Part shown: piece by piece, positions 7,249-17,013 of the stretch
How positions within the stretch are numbered: the stretch's first letter is position 1
How the letters are laid out: every line of letters begins with the position of its first letter
From: a virus
Lineage: Duplodnaviria > Caudoviricetes
IMG/VR virus record: IMGVR_UViG_3300032327_000860
Coordinates: 1 to 46,198 of that record
Reading direction: 5' to 3' (one strand)
DNA length: 46,198 bases
Notes under the pieces: generated by a model
Database searches by the model: none
The model's input: only the letters and a program-made list of their open reading frames with translations
Told to the model about the DNA's origin: nothing
Program-made: the position numbers and the translations under genes

Positions 7249-9234
7249 TTAATTGCTGACGGATTTGATCACCGTGAACCTGATAGTGTCAGCTGTGGTG
7301 TCAGCGGTCGATGCGTGCAGGTTACTCAGCGTGACCGTGAAGCTGCCCGCTGCTACTGCGGTCACAAAGGCCACTGGCGTGCCTGTGCTACTGCTGACCA
7401 CTTCCACAATGACCGTGTCGGTCGCAGCGACCGTGCTATTGGTGACGACAAAGGACGCCTCGGCCCCAGCGGCTAGGCTAGTGCTATTGCACGTAATCAG
7501 ACCCGTGATTTTATTCAGCGTCACTCCGGTGCTTCGGCTTGTGCTCTGGGTCTGCGTGCCACCTGCTCCCGTAACGTAGCCCATGCCCGCAGTCGCGCTA
7601 CTGCTGGTAATCGCTCCGCCGCCAGAGATGTCATCGGCTGCTCCGGTCGTCAGGCCACTGTTGAATGTCGAGGTGCTGTTGAATGTAGCTGCACCGTTAA
7701 AGGTTGCAGTCGAGCTTAGAGTTGCAGAGCTTAGTGTTGCTAGGCCGCTGATGGTGGCTGTGTTGGCGGTCAGACTCGCGTTGAATGTTGCTAACGCGTT
7801 AAATGTAGCTGCGCCGGTAAAGGCGGCGGTTGAAGCTAACGTCGTCGCGCCGTTGAGCGTAACCGCATCGGTTAAATTGTTGATCCATATTGCGTTCGCA
7901 AACTTAACAATGCCGTTGTTACTGTTTACTGAAATGTAAAAATTTCCGTCAGCTCCATCGTTACCGATTGCTACGTAATTGATGCTGTTGAAAGAGTCTG
8001 TTAGCAAAGAGACATAGTTGCTGCTGAGCGTCATCCATTTATCGGTATCACCGCTACCAAAGTTCAAAATTGCTCCAAAGTTACCGGCAAGGCTCCAAAT
8101 CCCAACCGAGCGAGCTACGCTGCTCCCGCCGGTAAATATATTCGACTTGAATAGAAGCCTCGGTGAACGCTGAATATCGTTACCAGCGGCATCATCACCT
8201 GCGTAGTTATGAGCCGTCTGCAAGTTTTCCAACAAAATGCGAGTCACTGGCTCGGCTGTGTCGCTCGTGCTCGTCAGCGTATGCAGGTCCGTCTGTGCCA
8301 CCGTTGTTAATCCAGTAAGAGCCGCCGTCCAGCTCGCTGCGCTGCCGTTGTTGGTCAGTAGTTTGTTCGCATTGCCCGTCATGCTGGGCAGACTGCCGCC
8401 ACCGCCGCCAGAGCCATTCGCAGCTGCTGTGATCCGGCCTTGCGCATCCACGGTGATGTTGGCTGACGTGTAGCTGCCAGCGGTGACGGCAGTGTTGGCC
8501 AGGGAAATAGTGTTGGTCGCGCGGCTCAGTCCGGTGCTGAAGGTCAGCGGCACCTCGTAGGCGCTAGCTGCGGTAAATGCTGCCGTGCCAAACGTGCCAC
8601 CAGCCGCGCTAGTCAATGACGAGGCCGTTACGCCACTGGCGAGGGTGCTGCCAGTGAGAGTGCCTGCAGCAGCAGTCACCGTGATATTTCCAGTGCCGTC
8701 AAAGCTGGTGCCATTAATCGTGCGAGCGGTGGCGAGCGCGGTGGCTGTGGCGGCGTTGCCTGTAGTAGATTGGTTAAACGTGGGGTATGCGGTAAGGGTG
8801 AGCAATCCACGGCCAAAGGACGTAGTGGACAACGCTGCGATGGTCGTCAAGTCGCTGTCCAATGGCTGAGCATCGGTGATACCATAGCCTGACAAGGTTG
8901 TCGGCTTGCCGGTGATGTCAGCCCATGCCGAAGACCCTCCACCACCACCGCCGCTGCTGCTAATCGTCGTGCCCGTGATGCTCAAGCCGCTGCCGAGTGT
9001 GAGATATTTTGGCTCATTCACCGACTCTCGCCAAAAGATAAGCCTGTCAGCACCAGGATCAGTCAGGATGACTTGCTTCTGCCCTGTGGCTGTCCGCTGC
9101 GTCATGACGACATCGTTGTCGGCACCATGAGCGAGGTTGCTGCCGACGAAGTAAGCAAGCAGGGCAAGGAAAAAAACAAGCAGGGTGTAAGAGGTAGTGC
9201 GGCGCATAAGATTTGGAAGTGAAGAGTGAGACAT
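7249..9234 (-). CDS. Tail-fibre-like protein with an N-terminal signal peptide/TM segment
   Basis: WADITGKPTTLSGYGITDA and ATARTINGTSFDGTGNIT fibre repeats, ITVDAQGRIT motif, ATFN hexad repeats; hydrophobic N-terminus ending AHG-A. Confidence 0.75.
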   Translation of the reverse strand: MSHSSLPNLMRRTTSYTLLVFFLALLAYFVGSNLAHGADNDVVMTQRTATGQKQVILTDPGADRLIFWRESVNEPKYLTLGSGLSITGTTISSSGGGGGGSSAWADITGKPTTLSGYGITDAQPLDSDLTTIAALSTTSFGRGLLTLTAYPTFNQSTTGNAATATALATARTINGTSFDGTGNITVTAAAGTLTGSTLASGVTASSLTSAAGGTFGTAAFTAASAYEVPLTFSTGLSRATNTISLANTAVTAGSYTSANITVDAQGRITAAANGSGGGGGSLPSMTGNANKLLTNNGSAASWTAALTGLTTVAQTDLHTLTSTSDTAEPVTRILLENLQTAHNYAGDDAAGNDIQRSPRLLFKSNIFTGGSSVARSVGIWSLAGNFGAILNFGSGDTDKWMTLSSNYVSLLTDSFNSINYVAIGNDGADGNFYISVNSNNGIVKFANAIWINNLTDAVTLNGATTLASTAAFTGAATFNALATFNASLTANTATISGLATLSSATLSSTATFNGAATFNSTSTFNSGLTTGAADDISGGGAITSSSATAGMGYVTGAGGTQTQSTSRSTGVTLNKITGLITCNSTSLAAGAEASFVVTNSTVAATDTVIVEVVSSSTGTPVAFVTAVAAGSFTVTLSNLHASTADTTADTIRFTVIKSVSN

Positions 9235-9252
9235 GGTGTCTGGGCAGTGTTG

Positions 9253-10863
9253 TTAAGGACGGCGAAAGAAGTCGATGTAGCCGGTTCCGCCGCCCGGGAG
9301 GGAGAATTCGATTTGATCACCGGATACGATAGTGGCCTTGCTCAGTGGGCCTGTCAGCGTGGTGATCTCGCCGGTTTTGTATTTGATTTTCACCGTATTG
9401 GCTTCGCTATAGATCACATAGCCGGCCACAGGTGCAGTGGGCTCTCCGCCCAATAGAGGCAGTTGCAGCGGGTAGGTGTAGCTGATGGAGGGATTGATCT
9501 GGCCAGTCGATGGAGCCCCGCCATCGGCATTTATGCCGCCATCTGGGGTGCTGTATTCCAGCACTTGAGCGTAGGGGCTCTCGTAAGTCACCACGATCCC
9601 ACTGCCGCCGAGGACCACTCCTGGAGGTGGACTATAGCCGGTGAAGCTGGTGCCTCGCGAGCCAGCATTACCCACGTGCACGGTGACCAGCTCCACCAGC
9701 GTACTGCCTCGCATGACCAGGCTGCCGCCACTGGCACCTGCGCCGCTCAGTTTACCGAGCGGATACGTGGCATTGCCATCGCCTCCGTCGCCTCCGTCGG
9801 CAGCATTGACGATGATCTGACCGATGACGACTTGGCCTTCCAGCGTGAGGCTAGACGTGTCGACGGGCGCACTGCCTGCTGTGGCTGCACTATCGCCATC
9901 TGCGTTGTCACCATCTGCGCCGTCAATGCCATTGATGGTGATCAAGTCCACTCGGCTTGCTGCATCGCCCTCAATAGCCATGACCACCTCAGTCGTGATC
10001 TGCGTGACGTTGGATTGCAGTAGATTGATCTCTTGTCCGTAGCCAACGCCTCGCGCGATCACCATCTGGCAAGTCAGCCCTTGCAGAGTAATCGCATGGG
10101 AGTGGTCACCTGCAAAGCTGATGGTGCCTGCTGTGCTTGCATTTTTGCCTTGGCCTTGGATGATCAAGGCCGTCGGCGCTGTGGCAGGGATGGTGGCATC
10201 ACCCGCTGTCGATAGCGAGCCAAGACGAATGATGACTGGATCTGCGATGCTAGGTGCTGGCGTCAGTGCCCAAGCGGCAGCGACGGCATTGGCAAGGCTA
10301 GCGTAGGCATTGAATCCCTGAGCTGCGAGCACATCGTAATTATCATCTACGAACACGACGCGCGAGCTACTGAGTGCCGCTTGCGGCGCATTCTCGGTGC
10401 CGCCATAGACGGCGCTCTCGATGACGAATGTGAGCGTCTTCGTGGTCTTGTAGGTCTGGGCACTGCCGGTCAGTGTCCAGGTAATCTCCACGTCGTAGCT
10501 TGTGGAGGCATCCAGCAACATGTCAGACTGCACCACCCCGCTTTGCAGGTTCGTCAGAAAATTGTAGCGCGTGCTGCCACTGCTGCCCGAGACGGTGTAG
10601 TTGGGATTTAGCAGGCGCATGTTCAGCGGCGTCGTGATCTCGCTACTGATGCCCGCATCAAACCGATCCGTTCGTTTGAACGAAAGATTCACCCCGCTCA
10701 GGTCTGCCACTGAGCCTGCCGCTCCAGCCGTGCAAAAGGCCACGGACAGGTCGAAGGGCGTGCCTTGCTTCTGCGTGAAGACCACCGCGCTCGATGTGCA
10801 TGCCTCGTTGCTGTGCACTGTGTGCACTCCGCCGTCGAGCTTGATATAAATGAGTCTGGGCAT
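9253..10863 (-). CDS. Tail tip / baseplate-upper-like structural protein with Gly-rich C-terminal part
   Basis: Lies between fibre genes; beta-rich N-domain, GxDGxDG repeats. Confidence 0.6.
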   Translation of the reverse strand: MPRLIYIKLDGGVHTVHSNEACTSSAVVFTQKQGTPFDLSVAFCTAGAAGSVADLSGVNLSFKRTDRFDAGISSEITTPLNMRLLNPNYTVSGSSGSTRYNFLTNLQSGVVQSDMLLDASTSYDVEITWTLTGSAQTYKTTKTLTFVIESAVYGGTENAPQAALSSSRVVFVDDNYDVLAAQGFNAYASLANAVAAAWALTPAPSIADPVIIRLGSLSTAGDATIPATAPTALIIQGQGKNASTAGTISFAGDHSHAITLQGLTCQMVIARGVGYGQEINLLQSNVTQITTEVVMAIEGDAASRVDLITINGIDGADGDNADGDSAATAGSAPVDTSSLTLEGQVVIGQIIVNAADGGDGGDGNATYPLGKLSGAGASGGSLVMRGSTLVELVTVHVGNAGSRGTSFTGYSPPPGVVLGGSGIVVTYESPYAQVLEYSTPDGGINADGGAPSTGQINPSISYTYPLQLPLLGGEPTAPVAGYVIYSEANTVKIKYKTGEITTLTGPLSKATIVSGDQIEFSLPGGGTGYIDFFRRP

Positions 10864-10901
10864 GGGTGAAGTAAGCAAATAAAATTAACAACAGCGAACG
10901 G

Positions 10902-12494
10902 TCACTGCATGCGAACCGCGCCCTGGTAAACCGTGGCAGCGGTGCCCGAGGCGACACTGAAATTGAGGCCTGGAATGATCACGAGAGCCGTCGTGTTGAG
11001 GTTGATCGTGGCAAGGCTCACGGGGCTAATTCCCTGCGTCAGCTTCCACTGCGTGTCGAAGCTGATGGTGAGGTTGTTGGAACTTGTGAGACTGTCCACA
11101 CGTATCATGCCGCGCGTGTGCCATGCCACTGCCAATGCTGTGACGTTACCCATGGCATGAGTGACCGCGGTCGTCTTCGTGCCGTTGATTTTTAACCATG
11201 TTAGAAAGTTGCTCGCCGTCGTGCTGTTGTTGCTCGTGCCGAAAAGCTCGAACTCAATGACATCGCCCACTTCCAACGTGCCAGCGGGAATCGTGAGTGT
11301 GGTCACGTCTAAATCCAGAATTGATGAAGATATGGCCGCATTGGCAGTGATGCTCGCGCGATATCTAGGCTTGTAGCCGGTGATGCGGCCTTTGGCGTCC
11401 ACGGTCACACTCTTGACCAATACGGTGCCAGCCGTGAGCCCGCTGACGGACTCCAGCTTGGCCGCGGTCACAGCTCCATCAGCGATCTTGACAGTTGTCA
11501 CGCTGTCGCTTGATAGCTTGAAGGAGGTCACGTTGCCATCGGCGATCTTGGCCGTGGTCACATGGGCATCAGTGATCTTGGCCGTCGTGACGGCATTAGC
11601 CGCCAGCTTGTCGGAGGTGACATTGGCATCTGCGATCTTGGCAGTTGTCACGCTGGCGCTTGCTAGCTTGGCTGTGGTCACACTGCCATCGGCTACGGAT
11701 TGCAGGTAGCGGGCATCGCCTTGCTCCCTTGTGTAGTAGTTGTCTGGCGATTGGCTGTTGGTCGGACTGGTCTCGTCGCCACGGATCACGTCATTGTAGA
11801 TCGTGGACTTTAGCGTCTGCGTCGAGTCGCCATCCACGCCGGTGATCTCTAGGTCGAGCGTGATGCTGCTTTGCTCGGGTGGACTGTCCACCGTCCAGGT
11901 GTCGGTCCCCGTCTTGGTGAGTCGGTAGACCGTGTTAGGCGGCATGGCCGCGACCAGGTAGTCCTGGAAGGTGACAGTGACACCTGCATAGCTCAGCGTG
12001 GGCAAGCCCGCTGCGGTGCGCAGGAGGTAGATCACCGAGTTGATCGGGATCGCCACGCTGGCATTCGTGGGAATGGTCAATGTGATCGCAGAGGCATTGC
12101 CCAGGGTGATGAGCTTGGTGGCATCGGCGATGGCGAGCGTGTAGCTCGTGCCGGTCTGAATGTTGAGCGCGGAGGCCTGAATGAACAGGCGCGTCATCTG
12201 GTAGCTGTTGAGAGGCACGTCGGCGCGATAGACCAGGGCAGCCGCATCCCACGTCCATGTCGGCGCATTGACGATCAGGGGTGAATTGCCATAGCTGTTT
12301 TCCTCCTTCATCCCCAGCTGCAGCGTTGCAGAGGTCAGCTGGATGGCATTCGCCCCCGGCATGTCGCCCGCATAGATCGCTAGCTCGGCGATGGTGGTGT
12401 CGCGCCGCTTGAACGACGGCCCTGCCGTGAGGACAGTGTTGCCCCCGGCGAACGTCACCAACTGCCCCAGCTCGCGGTTGTAAAAAAACTTCAC
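10902..12494 (-). CDS. Tail fibre protein
   Basis: Eight 10-aa ADGxVTxAK(I/L) repeats, VTVDAKGRIT, QTGTSYTLA..DA motif. Confidence 0.75.
   Translation of the reverse strand: MKFFYNRELGQLVTFAGGNTVLTAGPSFKRRDTTIAELAIYAGDMPGANAIQLTSATLQLGMKEENSYGNSPLIVNAPTWTWDAAALVYRADVPLNSYQMTRLFIQASALNIQTGTSYTLAIADATKLITLGNASAITLTIPTNASVAIPINSVIYLLRTAAGLPTLSYAGVTVTFQDYLVAAMPPNTVYRLTKTGTDTWTVDSPPEQSSITLDLEITGVDGDSTQTLKSTIYNDVIRGDETSPTNSQSPDNYYTREQGDARYLQSVADGSVTTAKLASASVTTAKIADANVTSDKLAANAVTTAKITDAHVTTAKIADGNVTSFKLSSDSVTTVKIADGAVTAAKLESVSGLTAGTVLVKSVTVDAKGRITGYKPRYRASITANAAISSSILDLDVTTLTIPAGTLEVGDVIEFELFGTSNNSTTASNFLTWLKINGTKTTAVTHAMGNVTALAVAWHTRGMIRVDSLTSSNNLTISFDTQWKLTQGISPVSLATINLNTTALVIIPGLNFSVASGTAATVYQGAVRMQ
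11455..11697 (-). repeat. 30-nt / 10-aa coding tandem repeat (8 copies) in the tail fibre
   Basis: ADGSVTTAKL ASASVTTAKI ADANVTSDKL AANAVTTAKI TDAHVTTAKI ADGNVTSFKL SSDSVTTVKI ADGAVTAAKL; boundaries approximate. Confidence 0.8.
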
Positions 12495-12529
12495 GCTGGG
12501 TGGCGTGTGTCAAAGCGCGCGCTCGTCAA

Positions 12530-13195
12530 TCACGCCGGGCCTTGCGTGTAGAAGCCGGGGTAATAATACGACCAGCCTCCATCGAACACAAAAGTGTGTT
12601 CATCAGTCTTCTCCTCATAGTAGTTCAGCGGCAGTTGCGCATACGGATCGCCATCCTCGTCAGAGCCATAAGCCGATCCTGCCCTGATGTAGCTGCGCAG
12701 CTTCATCCGCGTGAAGTCGTCATTGTCTTCGTCGAGATATGACAGTGACATGGTAAAGTAGATCAGCAGATCCTGTCGGACTTCCCGCCCAACTACTTCG
12801 CCCAAGCTCCCATAGTAGTCATAGGCAACGCCGCTGTAAGCATCTTTGAGCAGCAGAGTCTTCTGTTGCCACCCAAAAGACGCGCGGAACCCACCTCCTG
12901 AGGGAAGTCGTCCCCATGGACTCAAGACATACGGATGCCCAGCCGGGCGGACAATAGGCGCGGAGGCTGGCACTTGAATCTCACCCTCCATCTGGACACC
13001 GAACCCAGACCAAGAATAGGTGCTCTCTCGCACGTAAACGTCACGCCCTAAAGACACGTTGCGTATCCAGTATCCAGGCGTTGTTTTGCTACCGCCTTCG
13101 AACTGAGCACTCACTGAGTATCTCTGCTTGTCACGCATGTAGAGCCTGCACTCATGATGCACGCCAGTGATGGGCTTGAAAGTAGGTCCAGGCAT
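12530..13195 (-). CDS. Hypothetical tail-region protein
   Basis: 221 aa, aromatic-rich, in the tail operon. Confidence 0.6.
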   Translation of the reverse strand: MPGPTFKPITGVHHECRLYMRDKQRYSVSAQFEGGSKTTPGYWIRNVSLGRDVYVRESTYSWSGFGVQMEGEIQVPASAPIVRPAGHPYVLSPWGRLPSGGGFRASFGWQQKTLLLKDAYSGVAYDYYGSLGEVVGREVRQDLLIYFTMSLSYLDEDNDDFTRMKLRSYIRAGSAYGSDEDGDPYAQLPLNYYEEKTDEHTFVFDGGWSYYYPGFYTQGPA

Positions 13196-13196
13196 A

Positions 13197-13889
13197 TCAT
13201 TGAGCGGCTAGGAACAAACGACCAAAGCCATCCATGGCCGCGCTGATGTTCGCTTTCCAGTATTGCGCCAGCACGACCACACTGCCGTCATTGTTACTCA
13301 CGCGCCCAAGCGGAATGTAATACACGCCCGCTGTGGATTCAGCGTCTGGATAGTTGATGACGGCAGGCACGTCGTCCAATTTGGTGCTATCGCTCACAGC
13401 ATCAATGCTCGTGATCCCACTGACTTCTCCGCCCATGATGTAATTGATGGGGATGCCGTTCACCGCAACCGCGCCAAAGACAGGCTTGACCGTGATCTTC
13501 ACGTAAATCATTGAGCCCCCCGATGGCACGATCAAGACGGGAGGTTGCCAGTTGGACGTGTTTGCTGGGCGCTTGATGCTGATGCTTCCAGAAATGCGGG
13601 GATACTGTGTTCGGTCCGATCCTGTGGTGAGCTGCAAAAAGGCCTCACTGATCGTGACGCCGCCAAGAGTGCTGACAGATGCCTCAATCTTCCATGGATG
13701 ATCTGCGGCGTCGCTATTCTCCAGCTCAAAATGCAAGTGCCCGTTGCCCGTCTGTGTGAGCTTAATTCCTTTGCCGGTGATGTTCAGTTTCCCGAGCACC
13801 GCGCGCAGAAAGCGCGAGGTCCATTTCCTTGTTGCGAGCTTATTTTTGACCTGTTGATGCAGGCCTTGAAAGGGCTTGATGGCGCTCAT
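13197..13889 (-). CDS. Hypothetical minor tail protein
   Basis: HPWKI and YIPLGRV motifs; tightly packed in the tail operon. Confidence 0.65.
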   Translation of the reverse strand: MSAIKPFQGLHQQVKNKLATRKWTSRFLRAVLGKLNITGKGIKLTQTGNGHLHFELENSDAADHPWKIEASVSTLGGVTISEAFLQLTTGSDRTQYPRISGSISIKRPANTSNWQPPVLIVPSGGSMIYVKITVKPVFGAVAVNGIPINYIMGGEVSGITSIDAVSDSTKLDDVPAVINYPDAESTAGVYYIPLGRVSNNDGSVVVLAQYWKANISAAMDGFGRLFLAAQ

Positions 13890-13892
13890 AAA

Positions 13893-14717
13893 CTACGCAG
13901 GTAAATCGTTCTGCAACTCATAGGTCTCGGTGACGATGTAAAGGCCGACCGTGAGGCCAAAAGGCTGCTCATAGCCACAGGTGAAAGACCAGCCAGAAGG
14001 CCACACGCTGCGCATATTGTCTCCGCTAAAACTGATGCGCCGAACGGGCGGTGCATTTGGCGGATTGCGACTGCCCGGCACTGAGCCGGTGGCTGGTAGC
14101 GAGAGCGATGGATACGTATCCGTGATGACGATCTTCGGCAGGCTTGCTTGGCCCTTGCGGTAATCATTCCAGCCACCCTCCAAGGCGACGCGCAACTGGT
14201 CGTCCGTAATGACTTGGCCATTGCTGGTGACCTGCCGCCGCCGCACCCCTTCGCCACTGCGCAGGCCCACGAAGGACCCGCTTGTCTCCCACAAGCCGAC
14301 ACCGCTGAGCTTCTCTATGTTTTGCGCCGAAACACATACGAAGTTGCCCACGCGTTGGCCTTTGCTGAATTTGTCCTTGGTGCCTCTGATCCAGCGATCC
14401 TCATACGTGTCCCAATCAGCGAGCGTGTTGGTCTCGCGATAGCCGCCCTTCATCCGGCGATTGACGCTACCGTGAAGCCCTTCGCACTGCAGCTGGTAGA
14501 GCCACTCGTCGGCATCTTGCTCGATGTCCAGATCCACGACCTCGAACGAGCCCCAGGGCGAGGGCGCGGCCTGTCCTTTGGTGAAGGCGGTCTTCGTCGG
14601 CGCGGCGAAGTAGAGGGTGAGGGTGTCCAGATCATCGCTGCGCAGCTTCAGCCGTGGCGAGTCGTACTCATACGCGCTGGTGAAGGTCCCGTGCTTGATA
14701 ATGGCAGTCTGTGGCAT
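13893..14717 (-). CDS. Distal-tail / tail-tip protein candidate
   Basis: First gene after the tape measure; N-terminus MPQTAII shared with the putative tail tube protein. Confidence 0.55.
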   Translation of the reverse strand: MPQTAIIKHGTFTSAYEYDSPRLKLRSDDLDTLTLYFAAPTKTAFTKGQAAPSPWGSFEVVDLDIEQDADEWLYQLQCEGLHGSVNRRMKGGYRETNTLADWDTYEDRWIRGTKDKFSKGQRVGNFVCVSAQNIEKLSGVGLWETSGSFVGLRSGEGVRRRQVTSNGQVITDDQLRVALEGGWNDYRKGQASLPKIVITDTYPSLSLPATGSVPGSRNPPNAPPVRRISFSGDNMRSVWPSGWSFTCGYEQPFGLTVGLYIVTETYELQNDLPA

Positions 14718-14722
14718 GGCTG

Positions 14723-16210
14723 TTAATCGAGGTCAGCGAGTGATCGAGTGTTTTCCGCGATGGTCTTCAGCAGCGTCTCCAGCGAGGCACCGTTGCCACC
14801 GTCATCGCGCCGCGCTTCATCGGCAGCCTTGGCAGCCTGGGCGGCGAGGGGGTCCATGCCACGATCTGCGAAGCCCTTACCCATGGGAATGATGCGCTTG
14901 CGGTCACGGAACTCGCTGTTTGGTTTGAGCTCCTGGAGCGCGCGAAAGCGGTCGAGACCAGGCGTGGCCGGGCCTTCCATGGGCTTGCCTTGCCGGTCGT
15001 AGAAGTCATCCAGCCCACCGCCGCGCTCGTTGCTGCTCACGCCGCCCTTGATCTTGTTCGGGATGCCCTTCGCCCGGTTGCTCTTGCGCTCGGCCTGATC
15101 TTCCAGCGCTTGCATCTGCTTGGCCACGGCCAGGGCTTCAGCCTTGTTTACGTGCTGCTCTTTCATGAGCTTGGCGACGGCTCGATTCAGTTCGATCTCA
15201 CGCGTGACGTTCTCGATGATCTTGGCGTTGCCCGTGGCCTTGGCCGTGAGCAAGGCAATCTCTTCTTGCAAGGTGCGCGCGGCACTGATGCGGTCGTTCT
15301 GCTGGCTGGTTTCCTTCGTGCTCTTGGCTTGTGGCGTGACGATGGGCGCGATGGGCTTGCGCGCTTCGTCGGCCTCGTCGTTGACTTTTCGTAGCTCATT
15401 GACAAAGGCGAAGGCTTTCTTCTGCGCCTCGGCGAAGTCGTCACCACTGGCAAGATTGCGGAACAGTTGCTCGAACCCCATCGCAGCAATGCCGACCTCG
15501 GAGCCGATGCCTTCGATGCCTTCCAGGAAGCCCGCAAGTGCCCCACCAACTTCGATGGTGATCTTCTGCGAGAGCGTGGTCAGACGGTCGCCCAAGTCAT
15601 CCAGCCGCGAAACTTGATCGCCGGTCAGGACCGGCGTGCTGGCCAGCTTCTGCAGCTCCGTGCGCGACATGCGCAGCACCGGGATCAGCTCGCCTGCGGA
15701 CTTGCCGAGCAGGTCGTAGATCTCGTTGAAGCCTTGCCCCTTGGCCTGGGCTTCCTGAAAGCCGCGCGAGAGCATCATGAGCTGATCCACGGGCGAGGCG
15801 GCAGCCAGCTTCTGCATGTCGATCCCCAACTTCTGGAAGGCATTCCTGCCAGCCGCGTTGTCAGCATCACCCAGGGCGCGATTCACGCGGCTCAGAGCAT
15901 TCACCAAAGACTCGGCACTGGCCCCGCTGGGTGCGCCGATCAGATCGAGCTGCTGCACACTCTCGGCAGTCGTGTTCAGCCGTGTGGCCATGTCCTGAAT
16001 ATCGCCAAAGTAGTCCAGGGTGCTCTTCAGCTTGCTGACGAGCGCCCCAGCCGCAAAGGCACCCGCGATGCTACTGCCCATGCCGGAAAATTGGTCGCGG
16101 ATGGTGCCCGAGACCTTGCCGCCGAACGAGACTGTTTCTCGCTCCGCCTTTTTGTAAGCGTTGCTGAGTTCGCGGGTATCACCGCCGATGCTGATGACGG
16201 TGTCGGCCAT
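14723..16210 (-). CDS. Tape measure protein (short, 495 aa)
   Basis: Ala/Gly-rich helical protein directly after the chaperone pair; IQDMATRLNTTAESVQQL and LLGKSAGELIPVL TMP-like segments. Confidence 0.8.
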   Translation of the reverse strand: MADTVISIGGDTRELSNAYKKAERETVSFGGKVSGTIRDQFSGMGSSIAGAFAAGALVSKLKSTLDYFGDIQDMATRLNTTAESVQQLDLIGAPSGASAESLVNALSRVNRALGDADNAAGRNAFQKLGIDMQKLAAASPVDQLMMLSRGFQEAQAKGQGFNEIYDLLGKSAGELIPVLRMSRTELQKLASTPVLTGDQVSRLDDLGDRLTTLSQKITIEVGGALAGFLEGIEGIGSEVGIAAMGFEQLFRNLASGDDFAEAQKKAFAFVNELRKVNDEADEARKPIAPIVTPQAKSTKETSQQNDRISAARTLQEEIALLTAKATGNAKIIENVTREIELNRAVAKLMKEQHVNKAEALAVAKQMQALEDQAERKSNRAKGIPNKIKGGVSSNERGGGLDDFYDRQGKPMEGPATPGLDRFRALQELKPNSEFRDRKRIIPMGKGFADRGMDPLAAQAAKAADEARRDDGGNGASLETLLKTIAENTRSLADLD

Positions 16211-16226
16211 GCGTGTGACTGGGCGG

Positions 16227-16466
16227 CTATGTCAAAGCGAGGTAAGCCTGGACGCGCTGGTGCAACCGCTGCTGCTCATGCGCAGTGTGGCTGTGGCGGT
16301 CGTCCATCCAGTCCATGAGGTGGCCCTCATTGACCATGATGGCGTGGTAGTGAGCGAGGGCGCGCGAGTAGCTGAGGTGCCAGCGCAGGTGCTCCTCGGT
16401 GCCGATGCCATTTGCCGCCAGCAGGGTGAGCAGTTGCGCATCCTCTGGCGGCAGAGCTACTCCCCC
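16227..16466 (-). CDS. Tail assembly chaperone gpT-like C-terminal extension read by -1 frameshift (not in the ORF track)
   Basis: The -1 frame after G GGG GAG reads GVALPPEDAQLLTLLAANGIGTEEHLRWHLSYSRALAHYHAIMV...YLALT* and ends just before the TMP start. Confidence 0.75.
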   Translation of the reverse strand, partial: GGVALPPEDAQLLTLLAANGIGTEEHLRWHLSYSRALAHYHAIMVNEGHLMDWMDDRHSHTAHEQQRLHQRVQAYLALT

Positions 16467-16987
16467 AGGCGGCGAGCACGGCGGGTGGGCAAGGGCACTG
16501 TGAGCAGCACGCTGATATTGCTACGGATGGTGTTCATTAGCTCGATGGCCTCATGCCACTTGGCCGGTGGGCAATGGATGACGGCCCACTCATTCACGCG
16601 CAGCCAGAAGTGCTTCGGATCAGCGATGATGAGCAGGATGTCCTCGGGCGAATGCAGGCAAAGCCAGAGCAAGCCCCAGGCCTGCGGCGCAAAGGTGTCT
16701 AGATCCAGCTCACGATCATCGTCCAGATTAATCGGGGCCTGATGCGTGCGCAGGATCTTCCACCACGTCCAGCGATCCGCACTCACGATCAGGCGCTGGG
16801 GTTGCCAAGCTCGCTGCTCGGCCTCCCACACGGGCCAGTGATACTCCGCCCGCATGGCCGCGTCTCGCTCATCTTTCAGCACTGCCTTGGCCGGTGGCGA
16901 GTTGTCTGGTTGATCGTCGATAAAGTCAGCAATGATCTGCGGCGCAGGCGCATTCTCTCCAGGGCCAAGGGGGGCAAGGTCTTCCAT
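16457..16987 (-). CDS. Tail assembly chaperone gpG-like
   Basis: Ends RLGE* at slippery GGGGGAG; located upstream of the TMP. Confidence 0.75.
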   Translation of the reverse strand: MEDLAPLGPGENAPAPQIIADFIDDQPDNSPPAKAVLKDERDAAMRAEYHWPVWEAEQRAWQPQRLIVSADRWTWWKILRTHQAPINLDDDRELDLDTFAPQAWGLLWLCLHSPEDILLIIADPKHFWLRVNEWAVIHCPPAKWHEAIELMNTIRSNISVLLTVPLPTRRARRLGE

Positions 16988-17013
16988 CTTGCCGAGAGGC
17001 GGGTGTCAATGCC

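Noticed and set aside
11455-11697. Periodic 30-nt repeats resembling a CRISPR array or DGR repeat
   Set aside because: Degenerate in-frame coding repeats with no unique spacers; no cas or reverse transcriptase gene seen in the window
16232-16441. 69-aa ORF in the track between chaperone and TMP
   Set aside because: Wrong frame; the -1 frameshift frame gives the plausible gpT-like sequence
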